Assembly: GCA_029856105.1 (NCBI GenBank)
Contig: JAHQWH010000161.1
Coordinates: 1-24,902 of the forward strand
Direction of reading: 5' to 3'
From: Promethearchaeia archaeon
GTDB lineage: Archaea > Asgardarchaeota > Lokiarchaeia > Sigyniarchaeales > SOKP01
Length of the DNA stretch: 24,902 bases
The first letter of the stretch is position 1. Every line of letters starts with the position of its first letter. A model generated the notes under the pieces. It saw nothing but the letters and a program-made list of their open reading frames with translations. It did no database searches and was not told the origin of the DNA. The position numbers and the translations under genes were made by a program. Of the stretch, positions 1 through 7,905 are shown in pieces.

Positions 1-642
1 TTGAATGTTATGTGGTCGAAAATTAAGATTTTCAAACAAGTAATAATCTGTAAAATTTATCGATTTTTGAATAATTTCGCGAAAATCAGTTATTTCAGGA
101 AATAGAGGGGAAATAAAAACATAAGTCCTAATTCCATTTTTATGTAATTTTTTAATAGCGTCTATTCTTTCATTTGGTCTTGATGCCCCTTGTTCAATAA
201 TTTTAGAAAATTCCTCATCCAATGTACTAATTGAGATTCCAACTTCGATATTCTCAAACTTTTTAAATAGATCAATATCTCTTTCAACAAATTTTGATTT
301 AGTAAGAATTAAGATTTCTGCTCCACTTCCGACAAGTTTTTCTAGGATTTTCCGAGTATTTCGATATTTTAATTCTAAAGGAATATAGGGGTCTGTAACG
401 GAACTAAGTAAGATTTTCTTTCCAGTATACTTTTGAGGTTTAATTTTACTTAAATCAAATGTTTTAATGTCTAGAAATTGTCCCCATTTATCTCCCTTAT
501 GATTTGTAAACCTAATCATGAATTCTGCATAGCAATAAATACAACCATGCTGACAGCCAATATAAGGATTTATAACAAAATTCATTCCCGGAATATTGCT
601 TTTTGTAAAGATATTTTTAGTTTCTCGAAAATTTATTTTCAT
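1..642 (-). CDS. Radical SAM protein, SplB/COG1533-like (3' end runs off the window; absent from the supplied ORF track)
   Basis: Manual translation from ATG at 642 gives MKINFRETKNIFTKS...VINPYIGCQHGCIYCYA (CxxxCxxC motif)...LSSVTDPY...ILTKS...VGISIST...FISPLFP. The frame stays open to base 1. Confidence 0.9.
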   Translation of the reverse strand, partial: MKINFRETKNIFTKSNIPGMNFVINPYIGCQHGCIYCYAEFMIRFTNHKGDKWGQFLDIKTFDLSKIKPQKYTGKKILLSSVTDPYIPLELKYRNTRKILEKLVGSGAEILILTKSKFVERDIDLFKKFENIEVGISISTLDEEFSKIIEQGASRPNERIDAIKKLHKNGIRTYVFISPLFPEITDFREIIQKSINFTDYYLFENLNFRPHNIQ

Positions 643-679
643 ATAATTTAGCGCTAATTCTTTTTATTTCTAATATAAA

Positions 680-1324
680 TTAGTTAAATTTTAGCCAGGC
701 TTCACAAGTTCTTAACGCACTAAATTTTTGTAGTTTTATGTTAGCCGAATCCACAGCATCTTGAGTAATAACATGTTTTTTGAATCCTGCTTTTTCGAGT
801 TCGTCTACTTTATAAGTAATTGTTGTTATGATTTTAGTTGACATTTTTTCCGTGTATTTTAAGCTTTTTTCTTTAAGGTTTTTATCGTTTACCTCTAAGG
901 ATTTTAATTCGTTAATGTATCCCTTTTTATCCAAGTTGTCAAGTTTATATTGGAGGAAATCCATAGCTTGCCTGCGCAAAAGAATGGCGTCGTAAATAAT
1001 CTGCTTATGATCTTTCGAATAAGCAGCAAGAAATATCCCATAAATAGTGATTCCTGCTATGACGAACGCTAAAATTTCCGCTATCAAGCTAAAAACCCAA
1101 ATTACTATAACAGCACCGTAAAGAATTGGAAAATAAGCAAAAATTACGATGAATAAGCTAATTATTAAAGCGAATTTTAGTAATGTATTTCTTTTTTTTT
1201 CAGTGATATCCCATAGGACTGTGTGTGTTGCTTCGGCATCAATAGAACGATTAAACGCCACTTTGATCTTCCCAACGGCAATTTCTTTTAGATCTTCCAA
1301 CTCGGTTGACTTATTTTCTACCAT
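680..1324 (-). CDS. Hypothetical membrane protein with two adjacent TM helices (possible SLATT-like 2TM domain)
   Basis: 214-aa ORF with hydrophobic segments at about aa 48-72 and 74-101, flanked by charged helical regions. Confidence 0.7.
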   Translation of the reverse strand: MVENKSTELEDLKEIAVGKIKVAFNRSIDAEATHTVLWDITEKKRNTLLKFALIISLFIVIFAYFPILYGAVIVIWVFSLIAEILAFVIAGITIYGIFLAAYSKDHKQIIYDAILLRRQAMDFLQYKLDNLDKKGYINELKSLEVNDKNLKEKSLKYTEKMSTKIITTITYKVDELEKAGFKKHVITQDAVDSANIKLQKFSALRTCEAWLKFN

Positions 1325-1697
1325 TATTATTACATCGTTTTACTCTTGTAGGATTTAAAATGATTAGAACTAATAAAGCTTTGTCTAATTATTCATAATT
1401 GGCTCTAATCGTTTGAATATAGAATTAATGTGATTTCTTAGTTTAATTTATTAACAATAGAGTTTTTATTCTTAAACCTATAAAGAACATTTCAACAGTA
1501 TTAACCATACTTTATCAAATTAAAATTGCATATGAAACAATTAGATTTAAATATGAAATATTTTACTCAATATCGTAAAAAAACTTAGCAAAAAATCGTT
1601 AACAAAAGTTGGCTATTAAATTGAAAATCTTATATGGATAATCTTTAAATGTGTTAAATATCGATGACCATACTTTGGATCAAATTTTAGCGTTATG

Positions 1698-2423
1698 TCA
1701 GTAGATTTTTGGTATTAATTTGTATTTTACTCGAGTTCGATATTCATCATAGCCGTCCATTCCCTTAATGAGCATTTCCTCCTCGAATTTTATTCGGATT
1801 ATTAAGCTTAATACTCCTACTGCAGCGGGAATTAATGATATCCACGATCCTAACGCAATGGGCATTCCAAGAATCATTAAAGCTGCCCCCGAGTAGAGAG
1901 GATGGCGAACGTGACTATATAATCCTGTATCAATGAGTTTTTGGTCTTTGTTTATATCCAGTAGTTTTAAGGCGTACGCATTTTGTACCATTGCGATATC
2001 AATGATTATTAGACCAATATTCGTAACTACAAGACTTATAATCTCCACCGTGAAAGGAATTGTAGACCAATGATAGCGGTAATCGAATACTGGTAATATT
2101 ATTGCACCAATAAATCCTATACTAATAAGCGGCATTATGAATAGATCTGATCTTGCAGATCTTTTTGTTTTTTCTGTGACGCCAACCTTTTTCACTTTCA
2201 TCCGGTTCCGAAGAACTCGCGGATTCTTCTTGTTTATGAGATAGAAACTGATTGTCATGTTAATAACAAATGATATGATGAATAATCAAGCTTCAATCCA
2301 TGACCAATCTTGAGTGAGGGGGAAAAATATGATTATGAATAAGACAGAAATGTATACTGGGGTGATAGCTATTGCCCAAAGAGGAAATGGTTTATCACTC
2401 TTATCATTTTCATTTTGTGGCAT
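1698..2423 (-). pseudogene. Isoprenylcysteine carboxyl methyltransferase (ICMT/Ste14/PEMT) family protein interrupted by an in-frame TGA
   Basis: C-terminal motifs LIDTGLYSHVRHPLYSG and RIKFEEEML..Y..Y. The frame extends upstream of the called ORF (1698-2258) to ATG 2423: MPQNEND...FFPLTQDWSWIEA*LFIISFVIN, with TGA at 2286-2288. Confidence 0.8.
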
Positions 2424-2585
2424 TTTATTTGAGATGGTTTTAATGAATGTTTATCAGAATTAAAAATTGATGAGGATAATTTTTAAATATGAAAATATTC
2501 CCATTTAAGAATATTCATCTTTTTATAGAATAATCATGGAAAATTTAATTCGTTTCATTTATATGATAAAAAAAATGAAAAAAAA

Positions 2586-3602
2586 ATGAATGATTGGAAA
2601 TCCTTGTTGAATGAGGACCCTATAGATTGGCTTTTAGAAGAAAATAATCCTTCAGTTCGATTTTTTGCTTTAACTGAAATTCTAAATAAACCTGAAGATA
2701 ATGCAGAGGTAATTTTGGCAAAAAAAGAGATCATGAAATCTGGACTTGTCCCAAAAATTCTTAGCAAACAAATAAATGGTGAATATTGGTTAAACCGTAA
2801 TAACTTTTACGTTAAAGCAAAATATAAAGGAACTGTGTGGAGTTTCATACTCTTAGCAGAACTTAATGCGGATGCAAATGATGAGCGAATCAAAAAGACC
2901 TGCGAATTTATTCTTAACAATTCGCAACATCGAGCAAGTGGTGGGTTTTCTGCTCGTGGTAGCGACGATAATGGTGGAACTTCTGAGCTAGTAATCCCAT
3001 GTTTAACAGGAAATATGATATGGGCTCTTATTAAGTTTGGACATTTGGAAGACTCAAGGGTTCAAAGTGGAATTGAATGGATTTTGAAATATCAACGATA
3101 TGATGATGGAATAGACAAGTCTCCAAGTGGCTGGCCATACGAGAGAAAGGAACAATGTTGGGGAAAACACACATGTCATATGGGAGTTGTAAAAAATCTA
3201 AAAGCACTTTCAGAAATTCCTCCTAATATTAGATCAAAAGAAGTTGAAGAGATAATTAATAGAACAGTAGATTATCTGCTCAATCACCGCATATACAAAA
3301 AAAGTCACGATCAGAATGTTATAGCTAAGCAGGAGTGGACTCAATTTGGTTTTCCATTAATGTGGAAAATTGATGCCTTGGAAGTTTTAGATATTTTAAC
3401 AAGGTTAGGATATAAAGACGATCGCATGCGCGACGCTTTCGATTTAGTTATATCTAAACAAGATAAGAATGGTCGATGGAAGTTAGAAAAATCATTTAAT
3501 GGACGAATGCAAGTAAGAGTCGAGCAGATAGGCAAAGAAAGCAAGTGGATCACATTGAACGCTTTAAAAGTGTTAAAAGGATATTATAATTTAACAAATT
3601 AA
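2586..3602 (+). CDS. Prenyltransferase/squalene-cyclase repeat (alpha/alpha toroid) fold protein of unknown function
   Basis: QW-like repeats (ILSKQINGEYW, ILKYQRYDDG, VISKQDKNGRW) plus PCLTGN, HTCHMGVVK and SKWITLNALKVL motifs typical of this widespread family. Confidence 0.75.
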   Translation: MNDWKSLLNEDPIDWLLEENNPSVRFFALTEILNKPEDNAEVILAKKEIMKSGLVPKILSKQINGEYWLNRNNFYVKAKYKGTVWSFILLAELNADANDERIKKTCEFILNNSQHRASGGFSARGSDDNGGTSELVIPCLTGNMIWALIKFGHLEDSRVQSGIEWILKYQRYDDGIDKSPSGWPYERKEQCWGKHTCHMGVVKNLKALSEIPPNIRSKEVEEIINRTVDYLLNHRIYKKSHDQNVIAKQEWTQFGFPLMWKIDALEVLDILTRLGYKDDRMRDAFDLVISKQDKNGRWKLEKSFNGRMQVRVEQIGKESKWITLNALKVLKGYYNLTN

Positions 3603-3632
3603 ATAAACTTCAAATTTGAGGAGAAATAAAAA

Positions 3633-4061
3633 ATGTACGAAAAAAATTTAGCAGCTCCATGTGGAATTTATTGTGGTGCTTGCCGGCAATATCTTCTTTG
3701 GAAAAAGGATTTGCTTGAAGAGAGGGGCTATAAAGTGGGCTGTAAGGGTTGCCGTATTAGAGATAAAAATTGTGCGTTTATAAGAAGAGATTGTTCTCTA
3801 TTGAAGAAAAAGGAAATTGAATTTTGTTTTGAATGTGAAGTTTTTCCTTGCGAAAAGTTAAAAAAAATTGATAATCATTATAAAGAGAAATATTTTGTGA
3901 ATATGATTAATAATCTAAAGAGAATTAAGGAAATTGGGGCTAAAAAATGGCTAAAAGAGCAAGAAGAGCTCTATACATGCCCTATTTGTAAGGGTGAAAT
4001 TTGCGTTCACGATGCGGAATGCTATGATTGTGGGAATAAAATTAATCCGAATATAAAATAA
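3633..4061 (+). CDS. DUF3795 Cys-rich protein
   Basis: Motifs APCGIYCGAC, CKGCR, C..RDC, FCFECEVFPC and C-terminal CPIC...CYDC. GAGGAG RBS upstream. Confidence 0.85.
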   Translation: MYEKNLAAPCGIYCGACRQYLLWKKDLLEERGYKVGCKGCRIRDKNCAFIRRDCSLLKKKEIEFCFECEVFPCEKLKKIDNHYKEKYFVNMINNLKRIKEIGAKKWLKEQEELYTCPICKGEICVHDAECYDCGNKINPNIK

Positions 4062-4074
4062 TAGGGAAAAAAAG

Positions 4075-4158
4075 ATGTCATATAAAGAATCTTACACGCA
4101 ACAATTAAGGGTAAACTTTCTTAAATACACGAGAGAGGCATTTAAATTGCTTCCAAAG
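4075..4158 (+). pseudogene. Truncated 5' gene fragment, possibly the N-terminus of a class I SAM methyltransferase
   Basis: MSYKESYTQQLRVNFLKYTREAFKLLPK starts just after DUF3795 and resembles, from memory, the segment preceding the ILDIGCG motif of a methyltransferase family. It joins abruptly to a uvrA fragment. Confidence 0.4.
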
Positions 4159-4159
4159 A

Positions 4160-4243
4160 ACACTTTATATTTTAGACGAAACAACTGTAGGATTATCTTT
4201 CTATGATGTTGAAAAATTAATGGGATTACTCGAAAGATTAGTC
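4160..4243 (+). pseudogene. uvrA: uvrA-like remnant 1 (Walker B region of the C-terminal ABC domain)
   Basis: Translation TLYILDETTVGLSFYDVEKLMGLLERLV matches the UvrA 'TLYILDEPTxGL...D..kL...L.rLV' segment. Confidence 0.75.
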
Positions 4244-4330
4244 CATCTTTCATTTTTTATAAACATGATTAGAATAGTAATAATGAGAGATGTTTACAAA
4301 AAAAAAAAATTAGTTTATATTTTGGAAGTT

Positions 4331-6352
4331 TTATTTTCTCTTAGATAATATTAATAGTACTATGCCTATAACGGCTAAAGAGCCTCCTCCAGCACCTAGA
4401 GCAATAAGTAGCGTATTTCCAAGATCGTATGGTTCCATCGGTAAGCTCAATTCCTCCTTTGCTAATGTATTTGTGATTTCATCCCTAAATTGTGCTAGCC
4501 AATCAAGAATTTGGATCATTTGCGCAGTAGAAAGACCACCATTAGCTGATTTTAAATCATTATAACTAGTACTGGATGATTCGGGGTTATACCACTTATT
4601 TATTCCAATTGCACTTACGAGTGAATAGTCGCTTGTCTCATCCCAGAGTGCATCGCATTGTAAAGCTGTTAGGCCTGTTGAGCCTTCTGTTAAGCCCACT
4701 TCGAAGTAGGGAGGTCCTAGTATAGGTGGATCAAGTTCACTTAAAAATCCATCAGGTAAAATACTTAGACCCTGAATAGTACCGTTTGCCCATTGTTCAT
4801 AGAATGCGAGTTGTGCTAGTTCTGGTATGGTATATCCTGTTTCATACTCAATAAGTTGTGGAACTCGTACTGTGAAAAAAGCACCCAACCAGACTAGAAG
4901 TGCTGTTAATTCACCAGTAGATATGCCAAAGGTTGCTATTAATGTACCTTGAAGAGTTGCGTTTGAAATTGCTCCAAGCCAGACTAAGATACCATCCATA
5001 TTGACAAAAGAGTAAGCATTCGCTTCATTCCATAAATTCATAGTTTCAATAAGTGAAAGTCCACTAGGACTTGGTAAGCCAACTTCGAAATATGGCACAC
5101 CTGCAAAGGCAGCACTAAGTTCACTTAAAAATCCATTAGGTAAAACGGCGGCCCCTTGTATTGTCCCATTAGCCCATTGTTCATAGAATGCGAGTTGTGC
5201 TAGTTCTGGTACGGTATACCCTGTTTCGTCAAAAAGCAAAAGTGGAACGAGATTAGTCATAAAATTCCCTAGCCAACCTAGTAGTATGGTTAATTGAGCT
5301 CCATTGAGACTAAATGCTCCGATTAACATACCTTGGAGGGTTCCATTTCCGTACATCGCACCAACCCATACTAAAATCCCACTATCGTTTACAAATGATA
5401 ATGGATTTGAATCATCCCAAAGATCCATACATATTGGTATCGTTAAGTTAGTGGGATTTGGAACGCCTGCTTCAAGACCTTTAGTATCTTCTGGTAGCGT
5501 ATCCTTGAAGAGACTTAAATCAATTCCATCTTCGGCAATCGTGCCATTAGCCCATTGTTCATAAAACATTAATTCGGCTACATATTCTATGGGCGCTGGG
5601 AAATAACTTCCTTTAACCACAACATCCCACAGATAATTTGCTATATAGCCCGCAAGAGCTTCAAGTTGATCCCAATTAGCATTGTAAAGAGATTGCATTG
5701 TTGCATTTAGCACTTGGTCGCCCAAAGTTACATTAACGTAGAGTTCCATATAACCCAGAAGATCAATCCCTAATTCAAGATCTGTAATTAACCCTGGTAA
5801 AGGACCTACGCCATACAGTAAATTATTTTGAGCAGTAACGGTATAACTAAGGTTTACCGTATCAGGGTCACCATAATACGTATCCCAATAGTCTGAAACC
5901 CCTTGGGGCGTGGTATACCCATAGTCTGCTTGAAATGTAGGGCTATTAAAGAATTGTTCCTTAGCAGCAGGATAACCAATGCCAAAAGCAATACCAGTTA
6001 TTGTTTGATTTATAGCTAAAGCTGCTCCTGTACCGTTGATTATCGCAGGTAATGCGTCTACTGCCTCTTCCTTAAGACCATCTAAGACGGCAGGAGTTGT
6101 AAGAACGGGCAGTTGTGTTTCTAAGGAAATAAGTGCTTCTGCTTCAACACCCAAAAGTACACTTGGTGTGCCTAAAGGTGGTAACTGTTCTTCTAACGAT
6201 GGAAGAGCTTCCTCTTCAATAGCTAAAAGGGCGTCAGGAACTCCTTCAGCAATTTGGTCGACGAGCATTTGGTTTACAAAAAATCCTGTTGGTATTAAAC
6301 CACCACCAACAACGATTAAAATTATTCCTATTATTAATTTAGATTTGGACAT
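4331..6352 (-). CDS. Membrane-anchored surface protein with N- and C-terminal TM helices and three internal ~127-aa repeats
   Basis: The repeat unit contains (L/A)FYEQWANGTI...(F/L)E(V/A)G...LW(D/N)E...S(F/L)V...GI..W. Many N-x-S/T sequons are present. Oligo-T on the minus strand at about 4297-4308. Confidence 0.85.
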   Translation of the reverse strand: MSKSKLIIGIILIVVGGGLIPTGFFVNQMLVDQIAEGVPDALLAIEEEALPSLEEQLPPLGTPSVLLGVEAEALISLETQLPVLTTPAVLDGLKEEAVDALPAIINGTGAALAINQTITGIAFGIGYPAAKEQFFNSPTFQADYGYTTPQGVSDYWDTYYGDPDTVNLSYTVTAQNNLLYGVGPLPGLITDLELGIDLLGYMELYVNVTLGDQVLNATMQSLYNANWDQLEALAGYIANYLWDVVVKGSYFPAPIEYVAELMFYEQWANGTIAEDGIDLSLFKDTLPEDTKGLEAGVPNPTNLTIPICMDLWDDSNPLSFVNDSGILVWVGAMYGNGTLQGMLIGAFSLNGAQLTILLGWLGNFMTNLVPLLLFDETGYTVPELAQLAFYEQWANGTIQGAAVLPNGFLSELSAAFAGVPYFEVGLPSPSGLSLIETMNLWNEANAYSFVNMDGILVWLGAISNATLQGTLIATFGISTGELTALLVWLGAFFTVRVPQLIEYETGYTIPELAQLAFYEQWANGTIQGLSILPDGFLSELDPPILGPPYFEVGLTEGSTGLTALQCDALWDETSDYSLVSAIGINKWYNPESSSTSYNDLKSANGGLSTAQMIQILDWLAQFRDEITNTLAKEELSLPMEPYDLGNTLLIALGAGGGSLAVIGIVLLILSKRK
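4788..5211. repeat. 40-bp identical intragenic direct repeat (4788-4827 and 5172-5211), with a shorter third copy near 5550
   Basis: gcccattgttcatagaatgcgagttgtgctagttctggta occurs twice, 384 bp apart. The third copy starts 378 bp further on. Confidence 0.9.
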
Positions 6353-6422
6353 AAATAATATTTTGTTAGTAGTATATTTAAAGTTATCACATATGGGTAA
6401 AAAATTGATCGAACCGAAGTAA

Positions 6423-6727
6423 CGAGTAAAACTTGCTAAAGAACTTGGAAGAGCTAGAAAAACGAAATCCTTGAATATTTTAGATGAACCTACAGTTGGA
6501 TGTCTTTTTATGATATCGTTAAATTAATGGAACTTCTAGATCAACTAGTTCGAGAAGGAAATTGTGTTCTAATTATAGAACATGATCCAGAAATTTTATC
6601 TTACATGGATTACATTATCGAATTAGATCCTGAAGGTGGTCTAAATGGAGGAAAAGTGATCAGAACAGAAACTCCGTAAGAGATAAAGGAAAATATAAAT
6701 TCTAAGACCGGCTCCTATTTATTATAG
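6423..6727 (+). pseudogene. uvrA: uvrA 3'-end remnant 2 (about 100 codons, one frameshift, one internal stop)
   Basis: RVKLAKELGRARKTKSLNILDEPTVG / 1-bp deletion at about 6501 / SFYDIVKLMELLDQLVREGNCVLIIEHDPEILSYMDYIIELDPEGGLNGGKVIRTETP*EIKENINSKTGSYLL*, which is the UvrA C-terminus. Internal TAA at 6677-6679. Confidence 0.92.
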
Positions 6728-6731
6728 ATAT

Positions 6732-7286
6732 TTATTTACTTTTTCTCAAATCTAACACTTCTACAGCACTTGAAGGATCTACAGGATCTACAGGATTATC
6801 TTGAAGATCCAAGTTCTTCAATTCATGCAGATTATCTAATCCCACGATCTCCGTTATTCTGTTAGACTGTAGATTTAGAGTCTGTAAATTTTTAAGATTA
6901 CTTAACCCCTTAATTTCGGTGATTTGATTGCGGCTAAGATTAAGCTCTCGTAGATTAGCCAGCTTCTCTAATCCTTGAATCTTGGTGATTTGATTGTGGC
7001 TAAGATCTAATTCCTGGAGATTAGTTAGTTTTTCTAAGCCAGAAATCTCTGTTATATTATTGTCAGACAAATTTAAATGAAACATTTTTGTAAGATTTTC
7101 AAGACCGCTAATTGCTGACAGTTCATTGCTTCTTAAATCTAAATCTTCTATATGCTTAAAACCATCAATATCTTGTATATTTCTTATATGAGCGCCCATC
7201 AAATCCAGATAGGCACCGATGATGTCTGAATACTCAACCTACACACGTTCTCCTTCAATTATAATGTAATCCTCGCGCTTCTGCAC
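6732..7286 (-). CDS. Leucine-rich repeat protein (SDS22-like 22-aa LRRs); probable 5' part disrupted by an in-frame TAG
   Basis: Repeats of LxxLxLSxNxITEIxGLExLxN. The called ORF is 6732-7202. The frame continues to GTG 7286 (VQKREDYIIIEGERV*VEYSDIIGAYLDL) with TAG at 7239-7241. Confidence 0.8.
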
Positions 7287-7417
7287 GATTTACTCACTTC
7301 TCATATTCTTGCTTAAAAGTTTTCTAATTATATAATCGAAATAACCCTATTTAAATACAAAGTATCTGCCGCATTAACTATAAACTAACATAGTAGTTAA
7401 AAACTACAAGTTTTTGA

Positions 7418-7543
7418 GTAGGCAAAAATTTGTCGTATCTGGTCACCAACAACACCGAACAAAAGACAAAGTTCGTGAAAGCTAAAGAACAAGGCATGAA
7501 AATCATCTTAGAAAAAGAGTTTCTCGCCATGATTAATGAGTAA
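7418..7543 (+). pseudogene. ligA: BRCT-domain C-terminal remnant, like the end of NAD-dependent DNA ligase
   Basis: Translation (*)VGKNLSYLVTNNTEQKTKFVKAKEQGMKIILEKEFLAMINE* matches the LigA/RFC-type BRCT tail 'SVsKk..yLV.....sK..KA...G..Ii.E.eFl.m'. There is no start codon. Confidence 0.7.
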
Positions 7544-7560
7544 TAATAACTTAAAATCGA

Positions 7561-7684
7561 TTTATCACAATCTTGCAATTTTAGCTTAGGCAGCCTTTAA
7601 GAGGCGTTTTAGACGTATATGCCTTCTTTAATGAGCTCCCCTTCAGGAAGGTGTGTCCACTAATTGCGTCACCATTGTGACAAA
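7561..7684. other. Locally GC-enriched, multi-stem element bounded by inverted repeats (candidate ncRNA or MITE)
   Basis: Nested pairings: tttatcacaat 7561-7571 / attgtgacaaa 7674-7684; gcaatt 7575-7580 / aattgc 7662-7667; agct 7583-7586 / agct 7634-7637; aggca 7588-7592 / tgcct 7620-7624; gcct 7593-7596 / aggc 7602-7605; cctt 7640-7643 / aagg 7648-7651. Confidence 0.45.
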
Positions 7685-7905
7685 GATTTAAATATTAGTT
7701 TTATTTTTATCATAATAACAAACTCAAAAAAGTTTGAAGGGATTTAATAAACAACTCGAGAGATACGTAATATTAGATAGTTTTAGACAATCTTCAACAA
7801 AGAAATTATTTACTTAGCCGAGGTATTATTAAGGTCCCTAAAAAAATAATCGTAATAAAAGATATGAAAAAAGGTGGGGTTTAAATTTCAGTTAATGGGG
7901 ATTTT

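Noticed and set aside
1325-1697. AT-rich intergenic region examined for arrays, RNA genes or gene remnants
   Set aside because: No convincing repeat, structure or recognisable translation was found.
4788-5570. CRISPR-like or DGR template/variable repeat interpretation of the 40-bp repeats
   Set aside because: The repeats are in frame within one CDS at domain spacing (378-384 bp). There are no spacers, no adenine-specific mismatches, and no RT or cas gene.
1698-7286. Alternative genetic code or stop-codon recoding to explain the in-frame TGA, TAG and TAA codons
   Set aside because: All three stop types occur along with a frameshift, only in the decaying region. TGA and TAG also end intact genes normally, and Trp is encoded by TGG elsewhere.
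7378-7578. 66-aa minus-strand ORF
   Set aside because: It is the antisense of the BRCT remnant, which explains the sequence better.
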